Origin: Mobula hypostoma
Taxonomy: Eukaryota
NCBI RefSeq assembly: GCF_963921235.1
Contig: NC_086097.1
Location: 201,688,001-201,752,000 of the forward strand
Length of the DNA stretch: 64,000 bases
Reading direction: 5' to 3'
Part shown: one piece after another, positions 25,794-37,327 of the stretch
Numbering within the stretch: the first letter of the stretch is position 1
How the letters are laid out: each line of letters opens with the position of its first letter
Translations under genes and position numbers: made by a program
The notes under the pieces: generated by a model
What the model saw: the letters and a program-made list of their open reading frames with translations, nothing else
Databases searched by the model: none
What the model was told of the DNA's origin: nothing

Positions 25794-27593
25794 GAAGTAA
25801 GGATGGGGACAGAAAGATAAGAGAAGCTTGGATGCCCAGAAAGGTGATGAATTTAATCAAAAAGAAGAAGGAAAAGTATGTAAAGCTTTGGAAGTTAGGA
25901 TCAAACGAAGCTTGTGAAGAGAATAATGGAGACAGAAAAAAACTGAAGAGGGCAATTAGGAGAGCCAGGAGAGGCCATGAAACTTCCTTGGCAAATTGGA
26001 TTAAGGTGAATCCCAGGGCATCCTATACATACATCAAGAGTAAAAAGATAACTCGAGAGACGGTGGGACCACTCAAGGATAAAGTAGGGGACATTTACTT
26101 GGTAAATACTGAAGCAAAGTACTCATTAGGTACCTCACACACATTCTCTGCATCCAAAGAAAAGTATGTAGAGAACCAGGAGATCAGTGCTGATTGTATA
26201 AATACAGTAGGGTGTTTAGAGGTCAAAGAGGAGGATGTGTTGGGCCTCCTAATGAATATTAGGACCTGATGGGATTTACCCCAGGTTATTGAAGGAGGCA
26301 AAAGACAAGATTGCTGGGCCCTTGACCAGTACCTTTGTGTCCTCTCCAGCCTCAGGTGAGGTCCAGAGGACTGGCGAGTGACTAATGTTGTACCCTTATT
26401 TAAGAAGGGAACAAGGGAAAATCCTGGGAACTATAGACTGGTGAGTTTCACATCAGTTGTTGGGAAATAGCTGGAGAAAATTCTTAGGGTTAGAATATCT
26501 GAGCATTTGGAAACCCATGGCCTAATTAGGGAGAACCAACGTGACTTTGTCATGCCTTACCAACTTGATTGAGGTTTTTGACAAGGTGACAATAGAAATT
26601 GATGAGGGTAGGGCAGTAGATGTTGTATGCATAGATTTTAGTAAACTGTTTTACAAAGTACCTCATGGGTGGCTAATCCAGAAGATTAAGATGAATGGGA
26701 TCCTTGGAGAATTGGCTGTTTGGATTCAAAACTGGCTTATGCATAAAAAAACTGAGGGTAGTGGTCGAAGGGACTTACTTGAGCCAGAGGTCTGTAATTA
26801 GTACAGTTCCGCAGGTATCTGTGCTGGGGCCTCTGCTGTTTGTAATGTATATAAATGACCTAGATGAAAATGTAGATGGGTGGATTCGTAAATGTGCGTA
26901 TGGTGCCAAGATTGGTGGAGTTGTGGAAAGTGTAGAAGATCGGCAAAGAATGCAGCATGATATAGATAAGTTTCAGATATGGGCTGAGAAATGGAAGATG
27001 GAGTTTAACCCAGATAAATGTGAGGTGTTGCACCTTGGTAGGACAAATGCAAGTACACTGTTATGGGCAAGGTTCTTAACAGTGTTGCTGAGCAGAGAGT
27101 TCTTGTGATCCAAGGTTCATAGGTCCTTGAAAGTGGCAACACAGGTCGATAAGCTGGTTAAGAAGACTTACAAAATGCTTGTTTTTATTAGTTGAGCCGT
27201 TGAGTTCAAAAGTCAGGAGATTATGTTGCACCTTGATAGAACTCTGGTTAAGCCTCATCTGGGGTATTGCATACAGATTAGGTCACCCCACTATAAGAAG
27301 GATGTTGAGGGTGCAGAAGTTGTTTACCAGGATGCTGCCTGGTTTAGAAAGCAGGTGTTGTCATGAGAGGCTGGATAAACTTGGGTTGTTTTCTCTGGAG
27401 AGTCGGAGGCAGAGAGGAGATCTGATAGAGGTTTACAAGATTATGAGATGCAGAGATAGAGTGGACAAAGACTATCTGTTTCCCACGGTCGAAATGTCTA
27501 ATACCAGGGGGCATGCATTGAAGGTAAGAGGCAGTCGGTTCAAGGCAGGAGTAAAATTTTATTACTCAGAGTCATGAATGCCTGGAATCCGCT

Positions 27594-28932
27594 AACAACA
27601 GGAATTCTGCAGATGCTGGAAATTCAAGCAACACACATCAAAGTTGCTGGTGAACGCAGCAGGCCAGGCAGCATCTGTAGGAAGAGGTGCAGTCGACGTT
27701 TCAGGCCGAGACCCTCCGTCAGGACTAACTGAAGGAAGAGTGAGTAAGGGATTTGAAAGTTGGAGGGGGAGGGGGAGATCCAAAATGATAGGAGAAGACA
27801 GGAGGGGGAGGGATAGAGCCAAGAGCTGGACAGGTGATAGGCAAAAGGGGATACGAGAGGATCATGGGACAGGAGGTCCGGGAAGAAAGACAGCGGGGGG
27901 GGGGTACCCAGAGGATGGGCAAGAGGTATATTCAGAGGGACAGAGGGAGAAAAAGGAGAGTGAGAGAAAGAATGTGTGCATAAAAATAAGTAACAGATGG
28001 GGTACGAGGGGGAGGTGGGGCCTTAGCGGAAGTTAGAGAAGTCGATGTTCATGCCATCAGGTTGGAGGCTAACCAGACGGAATATAAGGTGTTGTTCCTC
28101 CAACCTGAGTGTGGCTTCATCTTTACAGTAGAGGAGGCCGTGGATAGACATGTCAGAATGGGAATGGGATGTGGAATTAAAATGTGTGGCCACTGTGGGT
28201 GCTTTCTCTGGCGGACAGAGCATAGATGTTCAGCAAAGCGGTCTCCCAGTCTGCGTCGGGTCTCGCCAATATATAAAAGGCCACATCGGGAGCACCGGAC
28301 GCAGTATATCACCCCAGTCGACTCACAGGTGAAGTGTTGCCTCACCTGGAAGGACTGTTTGGGGCCCTGAATGGTGGTAAGGGAGGAAGTGTAAGGGCAT
28401 GTGTAGCACTTGTTCCGCTTACACGGATAAGTGCCAGGAGGGAGATCAGTCGGGAGGGATGGAGGGGACGAATGGACAAGGAAGTTGCGTAGGGAGCGAT
28501 CCCTGCGGAATGCGGGGGGGGGAGGGAAAGATGTGCTTAGTGGTGGGATCCCGTCTCGTACCCCATCTGTTACTTATTTTTATGCACACATTCTTTCTCT
28601 CACTCTCCTTTTTCTCCCTCTGTCCCTCTGAATATACCTCTTGCCCATCCTCTGGGTCCCCCCTGCCCCCGTCTTTCTTCCCGGACCTCCTGTCCCATGA
28701 TCCTCTCGTATCCCCTTTTGCCTATCACCTGTCCAGCTCTTGGCTCTATCCCTCCTCCTCCTGTCTTCTCCTATAATTTTGGATCTCCCCCTCCCCCTCC
28801 AACTTTCAAATCCCTTACTCACTCTTCCTTCAGTTAGTCCTGACGAAGGGTCTCGGCCTGAAACGTCGACTGCACCTCTTCCTACAGATGCTGCCTGGCC
28901 TGCTGCGTTCACCAGCAACTTTGATGTGTGTT
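27594..28932 (-). mobile_element. 5'-truncated Penelope-like element (Neptune-type GIY-YIG endonuclease remnant) with inverted pLTRs
   Basis: Minus strand TYPCKRNKCYTCP...FTCESTGVIYCVRCSRCGLLYIGETRRRLGDRFAEH, then a frameshift to VATHFNSTSH...RLEEQHLIFRL...PDGMN. Inverted repeats 27630-28008 / 28555-28932. 13-bp TSD CCTGGAATC(C/T)GCT at 27581-27593 and 28933-28945. Confidence 0.92.
28835..28872 (+). ncRNA. Minimal type-I hammerhead ribozyme motif (PLE pLTR)
   Basis: TAGTC-CTGACGA-AGGGTCTCGGCCT-GAAAC-GTC/GACTG. Intact CUGANGA and GAAA cores, stem I UAGUC:GACUG, short stem II, palindromic ACGU stem III. Predicted cleavage after C28867. Confidence 0.75.
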
Positions 28933-30541
28933 CCTGGAATCTGCTGTCTGGTATGATGTATGATGATAGAGGCAAATACATTAGAGGCTTCTAAGAGACG
29001 TTTGGATAGGCACTTTAATGTGAGGAAGATGGAGGAATATGGATATGGTGTAGGTGGGTGGGCCAAATGGCCTGTTCCTGTGCTGTACTTCTATCTTCTA
29101 TGTCTAAATGAGTAAAGAAATGATTCATTCTCTTTTGTCAACTGGATTTCAACCAGTTTAACAGATGATCAATTCTTTTTCTCAGCTTTTCGATTTTATA
29201 TGATGAACTTCGGGTTTCGTTCCAGTTTCCTCTTATTTTCTAGATAAAGGTTTATTATCTTCATCCTGCATCTCCTTCAGTGTTTACTTTAAGCACCTGT
29301 TTCAACTTCCGGTGCAGTTTGTTTACTCTTGAGATTTCCCATGCAATGTGCATAGCCATTCTATTTCTTGTTTCCTTTACATCTTGGCTTTAATAAAAGG
29401 CATTTACAGTGAAACTAATGCTTTAGAAAAGTATGTTTTAAAACTGTTTCTTTAAAATGTGGTTAACAATACATTCAGTCTGTAAAAGGAAATGGTAAAA
29501 TTTCGATGTTACAAGCATTTTTCCCTTATTCAAGTGATTTTCTTCCCCTTCTATCCTTTGATGAATGATCTGGCTCCCCTCCTTTATTTGTTCACTGTGC
29601 TGTATTATTCATGAGCACACAACAGCAGACCTTCTTTTCTGCTACAATGGAACACTACAGATTTACCAGGCAAAATGGAGAGGAGATGTATGTCAGGCTT
29701 TATAGGTTTGGTTTCAGCTTTATAATCTGAGAAGTAACCTGAAGCAGTTCACATGCATATTAGGTCACTGGAGCTAATAAACTGTCCATTTCACATCACT
29801 CAGTACTGATACTGGGGTTTCCAGCAATGAATTAACTTTTTAAACTCTGCTCCTCATTTTCTCTATAAGATCCATTCACTTCTGAACAAACCATCCAAGA
29901 GCCAGCTTGTAGTGGACAATTGCATCAAGATAATGTACATGCTGGAACCTGGCTGCTGTGCAGTGATAACTCCCATCTAGCTGTTAGCCCTCGACATTGC
30001 TATGCCTTCCGCCATTTCTTCCGTCCAAACTGTAGTGATGATAATGTAGCTCGTCACCCATTGACACCCTAGTCTGTCCTCTTTCTACATAAGATCTTAA
30101 TTCTCGAATATCTCACTTCATTTTTATCCATCTCATATGTCATTTACAATCCTTTTTTCATTTCCTCACTTTAAAGTACTACTGTATTTCTTTTAACCAA
30201 TATATTCTCACCAAACTGTTTCTCTCAGTTTCTGCTCTGAGTAACGTGTTCAATGACTATAATCTATTTCCTCATTCATTTTGCTGCTTCTCTTTTGAAT
30301 ACGTTACCCTGCCATTCTAACTTAATCTCTCCCTCCATTTAAAGTTCTGACTTCAAATTCCATTTCCAGACTCCTGATCTTGCAATATTACATAGAGTCA
30401 GAGAGAGGGCCGTGACTAATCACCTCCTTGTATTGCTCCCTCTGTTCACGTACATTTTATGTTCACCCTTTTAAAAAGCCACTCTACCCTCCTCAATTCA
30501 CTTACTGCTGTACTTTCAAAATCACAACTGCCAATCCTACA

Positions 30542-30647
30542 ACGTCGACTGTACCTCTTCCTAGAGATGCTGCCTGGCTTGCCGCGTTCACCAGCTACTT
30601 TGATGTGTGTTGCTTGAATTTCCAGCATCTGCAGAATTCCTGTTGTT
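30542..30647 (+). mobile_element. 106-bp PLE-derived insertion with 13-bp TSD
   Basis: TGCCAATCCTACA at 30529-30541 and 30648-30660. The insert runs ACGTCGACTG...gcagaattcctgttgtt, the 3' end of the PLE at 27594. Confidence 0.88.
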
Positions 30648-31065
30648 TGCCAATCCTACATCCGTGGACTTCCACTGGCCAGACTTCCGCAGCTAATGCT
30701 CTGGTCGCCCTCATTCATTAACTATAAAAATGTCTGTTGAAAACTTGGCTGAACAAAAAATAGACAGTAAATATCTGAACCAAATTAGCCATTATATGAA
30801 AATATAAATGTTTCTTGTAGTTTGTATGGGAGGTTTTTCTGCTGAGAAAACAGATCAGATTACATTTAGTAATTAGTGTGTTAAGTACAGAATAATTTCC
30901 TTAATTTTAATTGAATTGGTTATTTGATAGATTTTAATTGTTTATTAGTTTCTATTTTTAAGTATTAATATTTTTTAAGTATGTTTAAAAGTCTTTGAAT
31001 AGTTTTGCAATGTCAGAAACTTTAACAGACATTTACAACAGGGACTTTAACAAACATTCAGAACC

Positions 31066-31840
31066 TGACTAATGACAAACCTATCAACCTCTGCTTTAAC
31101 TATACTCAATGACTTTGCCTCCACAACGGTCTGTGTCAGTGAATTCCACTGAATCACCATCCTCTAGCTGAGGAAATGCCTCCTTAGCTCTGTTCCAAAT
31201 GGACGTCCCTCTGTTCTGAGGCTGTGCTCTCTGGTCCTACGTTCACCCAGTATAGGAAACATCCTGTCCACATCTTTTCTCTCTCTAGGCCTTCCAATAT
31301 TCAATAGCCTTCAATGCAATCCCCACTCACCCTTCTGAATTCCAATGAGGACGGGCCCAGAACCATCAAATGCTGCTCATACATTAACTCTTTCATTCTC
31401 AGAATCCTTCTTCAGAACCTCAATTGGATCTTCTCCAATACCAGCACATCTTTTAGATAAGGGGCCCAAAACAGCTCACAATGCTCCAAGTATGGTTAGA
31501 CCAATGCCTTATAAAGCTCCAGCATTACATCCTTGCTTTTTTATATCAGTCGCCTCGAGATGAATGATAACATGGCATTTGCCTTCCTTAACACCCACTC
31601 AACCTGGATTTAGAAAACAGTCTGTGACTTTATTCCTTCCACCCAAGAACATGACCATACACTTCCCCACACTATATTCCATTTGCTGTTTCATTGTCCA
31701 CTCTCCTTATCTGATCGTGTACTTCTGCAGACTCCCTGCTTCCTCAGCACTACCTGCCCCTCTATGTATCTTCATATCCTCCAGAAACTTGGCCACAAAG
31801 CCATCAATTTCATCATCCAAATCATTGACATATAATGTGA
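31066..31840 (-). mobile_element. CR1 LINE 3' fragment
   Basis: Collinear with the CR1 copy at 1745-2590 (aaacttggccacaaagccatcaatttcatcatcc = reverse of DDEIDGFVAKF). Confidence 0.8.
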
Positions 31841-31909
31841 AAGGTCTTTTCACTTTTGCAGTTTCTTAACACTACCCACAAGGATTCTACATCTTCCAAT
31901 CCTATGAAT

Positions 31910-33190
31910 TGAATTGACTTTATTACTTACATCCTTCATATACATGAGAAGTAAAAATCTTTACGTTACGTCTCTGTCTAAATGTGCAACTTAGAGTAAT
32001 TTATAATAAATATTATGTACAACAGGTTAGTCAATATAACATAGAAATCCAGTTGTATCAGCATGAATTAATCAGTCTGATGGGCTGATGGAAGAAGCTG
32101 TCCTGGAGCCTGTTGGTCCTGGCTTTTATACTGTAGTACCGTTTCCCAGATGGTAGCAGCTGGAACAGTTTGTGGTTGGGGTGATTCGGGTCCCCAGTGA
32201 TCCTTCGGGTCCTTTTTATACTCCTGTCTTTGTAAATGTCCTGAATAATGGGAAGTTCACATCTACAGATGCACTGGCTGTCCGCACCATTCTCTGCAAA
32301 GACCTGTGATTGAGGGAAGTACAGTTCCCGTACAAGGCAGTGATGCAGCCAGTCAGGATGAACTGTGTAATTAGGTACAGCTCAGATGCCATCTATCAAT
32401 ATCAACAACTGTTGTTGGCAGAATTTTAAATGGTGACGAGGAAGGATAGAGGGGTGAGAAAGATCAGCAGGTTAAATAGTTTCGTTCAGTAAGTCCAAGG
32501 AATACATTGTGGAGTTCAAGAAGCGGAACACACACCATCTACATCCTGGGATCAAAGGTGGAAAGGGTGAACAGTTTCAATTTCCTGTGTGTCGACATAT
32601 CTGAAGATCTATCCTGGGCCCAAAATATTAATGCAGATACAAAGAAGGCAGAGAACCAGATAATATGTCATTAGGAATTTGAAGAGACTTGGTATGTCAC
32701 CAAAGACTCTCACAAATTTCTACAGTTATTTTGTGGAAAGCATTCTAACTGGTTACATCACCGTCTGGTATGGAGGAACTGCTGCACAGAATCAAAAAAA
32801 GTGGCAGAAAGTTGCAAACTCAACCCTAGTATCTCCAGCATCAAGAACACCTTCAAAAGGCAATGCCTCAAGAAGGCATGTATAAGATATCTATATGTAT
32901 GTGTGTATGTATGTATATATGTGTGTGTCTGTGTGTGTATATATATCTTATTGTAATTTTTTTTTATTATGTATTGCAATGTGCTGCTGCCACAAAACAA
33001 TGAATCTCATGACATATACCAGTGATATTAAAGCAGGGGTTGATAGGTAAGGGTGTCAAAGGTCACAGGGAGAAGGTAGGAGACTGGGGTTGAGATGGAT
33101 TATAAATCAGCCATGATGGAATGGTGGGGCAGACTCAGTGGGCCGAGTGGCCTAGCTCAGCTCCTATGGATGATGTTCCTGTGGTCTAAC
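31910..33190. mobile_element. Cluster of Rex1/Babar-like fragments (- ~31910-32362, + ~32400-33030) and a CR1 3' end (+ ~33035-33190)
   Basis: LKRLGMSPKTLTNFYSYFVESILTGYITVWYG, family tails, and a (TG/TA)n stretch at ~32885-32947. Confidence 0.7.
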
Positions 33191-33613
33191 AGGCTTTCAC
33201 AGTGCCTATCAAATTTACTTCTACATAGCAGAGGGACGTCCATAAGTAGGTCCTGAGTTTAATGCAGTGAACCAGACTCAGGTCTTTTTAAGTCATTTGT
33301 CCACTGACACCAACCCTCATCACACCAGCTCCACCCCCACCGTTCTACAGACACCTCACTCATTTCCACAGCTCATAAGTGTTGCCCACCCAACATACCA
33401 CTTACATGAACAGCATTTGTTCACCTCCAACTCAGTGATGTCCCAATCCCCAAGTGATTATCAATGGTTACTTTACTGTTGTCTGCCAGCACCGATCTTG
33501 ATTGAAATCCATTTTAGTTGCTTTAATTATTTATAAACAATGTAATGTATGTATTTACTCCAATTTGCCTGAATATTTGCATGGATTTAAATGTGGAACT
33601 TTCTTTTCAACAG

Positions 33614-36600
33614 ATTCACTTATCAAGGATCAAACTTCCTTTTGTTGTCCAGACTCAGCCATCCTACCAGGTATGTCCAAAGTCATCCTCCAGTCGGGCA
33701 CTGGCTGGAGGAAGAAACACTGGCGCTAGGACCCTAGCGGATATCAAGGCCCGAGCACAGCAGGCTCGAGCTCAGAGAGAGGCGGCAGCAGCAGCTGCAG
33801 CTGGCCTGGCAGGAGATGAAGGCATCAGTGCTGCAGGAACAACTGGAGGGCAGACCAGAACACTGGCAGATATTAAAGCACAAACAAAAGCAAAGTTACT
33901 TGCCAAATATCAGGCCAGAACACAATTGCAGCCATTAGAAGAACAAACATCTGGTAAACAAGACCAGGCTACAACAAGAGATGTACAGGATGTCAGTGTT
34001 GTAAAGAATGAAGAAGTTGTTAAATCAGATAACAACATTTCATCAAAGTGTAGTACTGAAACTACTCTAGCTCTCAAAGGCGATGACAATGTCAGTGCGT
34101 CAGATTATACTGTCAGAAGTGCTCTTCGTTATTCCTCTGATATTGCCGCAGTGGCAAACATTCCTCACTCTACTGCATCTAGCTGTGTCAAAAGTGCCAC
34201 AAAGGTACCCATCACTGGTAATACTGCAGTACCAAGTTCTGTTGGTCTTGTTACGGTTGCCTGTACTGAGAATATTATAATGCCCAGCTCCAGTGGTGAG
34301 GAAAGACATCCTTGCATTAGCAACAAACAGAATTGTGCTATTAGTGCTTCTGCGCCGAGGTATGCTGATAAAAGTGCAATGCCAAGTGCTGCTAATGGGA
34401 ATTTCATACCAAGCACAACTGCCAGCAGCACAAAGACAAACTGCACTGCAATTGAAACGAAAATTACTGTATCAAGTTCTAATGGTTCTAGTAATAATAA
34501 CGAATCGCCATTTTCTGAAGATGGCGATTGCAAATCTCAGACTGTACTTAATGCATCCATGCAGAGTTTGGCTGTCAGTGCTGTGCCAGCAGTGTATTGC
34601 ACCAGTGATATTTCTCCTCATAAGGTTTCTTCTCCAAGCTGTGGTGAAGACATCACGACTCTAAGCAATAATGAAAGTGTAGCTGAAAGCAATGAAAATG
34701 CCTTTGAGAATCCCTCTATTGTTACCAATACATTATCCACCCCTGTTGTCAGTACAGGCGTTTTGAATTTCAATACAGCAATTATCTTGAACTCTTCCAG
34801 CAGTATTCACATGCCAGCCAATTTCAATGCTACAACTGAATTAATTTCAACAGATCAGTCATTGGATCTGGGATCTGTGGCAATAAACAAGATAGAAATT
34901 GGTGCACCAAGTGCCCCACTGCTGAGCTCTTTGAAACCTTCTGTCAGTAAAGAAGGGACCTCTAATGCTGACATCCGTTACGCTGTCATTGATTCTCATA
35001 CAACAGGAACTTGTGTGTCAAATTTGGGTATGGACCCACAGACTGTAATAGTTAAAACAGAAAATGCCTTGAACTCTCATATGCAATCTCAGGAATTGAT
35101 CAGTAACTGCACTGAAACTGACGCTGAAAGTCAGTCAGTGAACAATGGCAGAAACAACATTTCAGAAGTGGTAAAGAATGACAGAACATCACTACTTGCT
35201 AAAGACATGCAAGTATCAACAGTTCCGTATGGAACAACAAGCACTACTGGTCTACAATTTAAGTTTAATGATCTTGAACATCATTGTTTTACAATAAAAA
35301 ACTCAGAAGATTTTGAACAAGTCATTAGTAATAACCAGGAGCAAAACATCTCAAACCAAAGCAAATCAGGCTATCATGCTAGTGAAAGTCAAAGTATTAA
35401 TGAACTAGATGGCTACAATGACAAAAGCCATAGCTCAGATAAATATAATGAATATGATGTTGGTACAGTGAAGAATGACAAATTAGATACCAATTCTGGT
35501 GAATCTGCAGACACAAAGCAAAGAAAATTGGAACCTGTTAACACTTTTGCTGAGACAGAAGCTGACCAGTCCGGGGAAAAGGAAAAAGACTTTTCCAATA
35601 TGACTGAATCTGAAACTAATCAGGGAGGACACCTGGAAAAAAATGAAGCTACACAAAATGCCATTCATTCCAGAATCAATCCACTAGTGGGAGACTTGCA
35701 AACAACAAGCTCTGAAACAGCTTTTGGCACAAACCAATCTCAGGCCTTCACATTATCAGCTGCAGAAAACCAAGAAAGGGTCCCTGCTCCTGGAAGCACT
35801 AATCGTCATCTTTCTTCAGTCGAAGCCAATAACCCTCTTGTGACACAGTTGCTGCAAGGCAACTTGCCTCTGGAGAAAGTGTTGCCTCAGCTACGGTCAG
35901 GCACCAGGCTTGAAATTAATAGGCTTCCTTTGCCCTCCCGAGGTTTTAGTGAATCAAAAGTGACTGCAGCTGAAAGGGATGTCACTATTAACATTCCTCA
36001 CCCTCTTTCTCAGACATCAAAGGGGCAGACTTTGGGAACAGTGTGGGAGATTCAGTGCAACACAGGTGATATGCAAGTAAGCACCAGACAGGCTAAGTCA
36101 GCAGAGGAACAGTCACAAAGCAGCTTAAAGCAAACAAAGCAGTTTGCTTCAGTTGGAGTTGAAATGTGGTCACAGACTCCAGTCAGTATGGATCAGAGCC
36201 AATCAGGACAACAGCAAATGTTATTTAAACAAGAGTGGATAAACAAGACTTTCATTAAGCACAAAATCATTAAAAGCCCAGAGTTTAAAGAGCACAAGAA
36301 ACCATTGCCTGCATGTGGTTTTGAGCAGAATGTGTTAACAGGCAGTGACAACAGCAACAACTTGATTATCACAGCCCCTACCTCACAGAAACAGCACACT
36401 CATCAAAAGTCTTTTAGTTTGAGAGGACTAACTGAAGCAGAAACCTCAGTGCAAACTGTACCAGCAGCCACTGTAGGTTACGGCACCACAAATGCATTAA
36501 CATTCAGCCGATCCTTAGAGCAAAACGGCCTAGCATTTAACACTATAGCACAAGTAGATACATCAATGGACACAGATTTGGAAAGTATGGGTGCTGTTTT

Positions 36601-37327
36601 CTCAAGCAGTCTTAAAATTAAGCAAACTGATATCAGTTGTAGAGCAACACAAACTATCCAGAATAATGCTGTGAAGCATCTTTCTTCATTTAAGGAATGT
36701 GAAGCATCATCTGATCAAAGCACAGGATTAGTTACTATGGAAACCAATAAAAGACTGAATTTACACGCTACAACTGATAGCACAAGTGGTATTAAAATAG
36801 AACAGTTCTCTGTTGATGATGCCTTAAGCAAAAGCTGTGCAGAGGATGTCAAAGATATTTCAAATGATCATTATGAAACAAAAGAACACATAAAGGTTTT
36901 TGGACCAACAATGGATGTCTTTTTAGGTAAATTAGTAAATGAGCCTGATTTTTCTTCTCATCTATCCACCGAGCCTATTAAGCCAGCCTCACATCTTGCC
37001 ACTCAGAAACTTCTCCAGCAGCAGCAACTCTACGGAAATTATTCCACGTTACATTTCAGTGGCACAAACTTGAAGCAAGCGGCTTCTGTTATTGAACAGT
37101 CCATTGGTAGTTTTCTGGGAAGTAGTGCAAATGATGCCATTACTTTATCTAACCAGAACACTTCCATTCTAGCTCATAAATTTTCTAACAACAACAGTGC
37201 GGAATTAGAATTGAAGTGCTCTTGTAGACTTAAAGCCATGATTATGTGTAAAGGATGTGGAGCCTTTTGTCATGATGACTGTATAGGGCCTTCTAAATTG
37301 TGTGTAGCTTGCTTGGTAGTAAGATAG
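33614..37327 (+). CDS. ASXL3: ASXL3 terminal coding exon (ASXM1, ASXM2, PHD finger)
   Basis: Acceptor ttttcaacag|ATT CAC TTA continues KVPPIK-IHLSRIK. Contains [32 protein letters not shown] plus a second [14 protein letters not shown] (ASXL3-type arrangement), [16 protein letters not shown] (ASXM2, ~35815-35860) and terminal [36 protein letters not shown] (PHD, 37217-37327). Confidence 0.95.
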   Translation: MHLSRIKLPFVVQTQPSYQVCPKSSSSRALAGGRNTGARTLADIKARAQQARAQREAAAAAAAGLAGDEGISAAGTTGGQTRTLADIKAQTKAKLLAKYQARTQLQPLEEQTSGKQDQATTRDVQDVSVVKNEEVVKSDNNISSKCSTETTLALKGDDNVSASDYTVRSALRYSSDIAAVANIPHSTASSCVKSATKVPITGNTAVPSSVGLVTVACTENIIMPSSSGEERHPCISNKQNCAISASAPRYADKSAMPSAANGNFIPSTTASSTKTNCTAIETKITVSSSNGSSNNNESPFSEDGDCKSQTVLNASMQSLAVSAVPAVYCTSDISPHKVSSPSCGEDITTLSNNESVAESNENAFENPSIVTNTLSTPVVSTGVLNFNTAIILNSSSSIHMPANFNATTELISTDQSLDLGSVAINKIEIGAPSAPLLSSLKPSVSKEGTSNADIRYAVIDSHTTGTCVSNLGMDPQTVIVKTENALNSHMQSQELISNCTETDAESQSVNNGRNNISEVVKNDRTSLLAKDMQVSTVPYGTTSTTGLQFKFNDLEHHCFTIKNSEDFEQVISNNQEQNISNQSKSGYHASESQSINELDGYNDKSHSSDKYNEYDVGTVKNDKLDTNSGESADTKQRKLEPVNTFAETEADQSGEKEKDFSNMTESETNQGGHLEKNEATQNAIHSRINPLVGDLQTTSSETAFGTNQSQAFTLSAAENQERVPAPGSTNRHLSSVEANNPLVTQLLQGNLPLEKVLPQLRSGTRLEINRLPLPSRGFSESKVTAAERDVTINIPHPLSQTSKGQTLGTVWEIQCNTGDMQVSTRQAKSAEEQSQSSLKQTKQFASVGVEMWSQTPVSMDQSQSGQQQMLFKQEWINKTFIKHKIIKSPEFKEHKKPLPACGFEQNVLTGSDNSNNLIITAPTSQKQHTHQKSFSLRGLTEAETSVQTVPAATVGYGTTNALTFSRSLEQNGLAFNTIAQVDTSMDTDLESMGAVFSSSLKIKQTDISCRATQTIQNNAVKHLSSFKECEASSDQSTGLVTMETNKRLNLHATTDSTSGIKIEQFSVDDALSKSCAEDVKDISNDHYETKEHIKVFGPTMDVFLGKLVNEPDFSSHLSTEPIKPASHLATQKLLQQQQLYGNYSTLHFSGTNLKQAASVIEQSIGSFLGSSANDAITLSNQNTSILAHKFSNNNSAELELKCSCRLKAMIMCKGCGAFCHDDCIGPSKLCVACLVVR

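Larger units (their letters stand above)
15100..29105 (+). mobile_element. Near-full-length decayed CR1 LINE (outer host of nested cluster; segments ~15100-16824, 23499-23915, 25794-27593, 28933-29105)
   Basis: ORF1 remnants MECFSCQMWE and esterase-like VVHIRTNDIG. The endonuclease GDFNFPNI at 16801 resumes as W..LSVRGFNGAEFVKCVQE at 23500. [13 protein letters not shown] and VPQVSVLGPLLFVMYINDLD. 3' tail at ~29090. Confidence 0.85.

Noticed and set aside
33545..33613. ATG start of the 1260-aa ORF as a stand-alone gene
   Set aside because: The first 23 codons are intronic (polypyrimidine tract and cag acceptor at 33611-33613). The frame continues from the exon ending at 9288.
34083..34664. 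+1-frame ORFs 34083..34280 and 34293..34664 as a functional overlapping gene
   Set aside because: They lie downstream of the stop at 33936-33938, have no recognisable motif or entry signal, and are plausible by chance in Ser/Thr/Ala-rich coding sequence.
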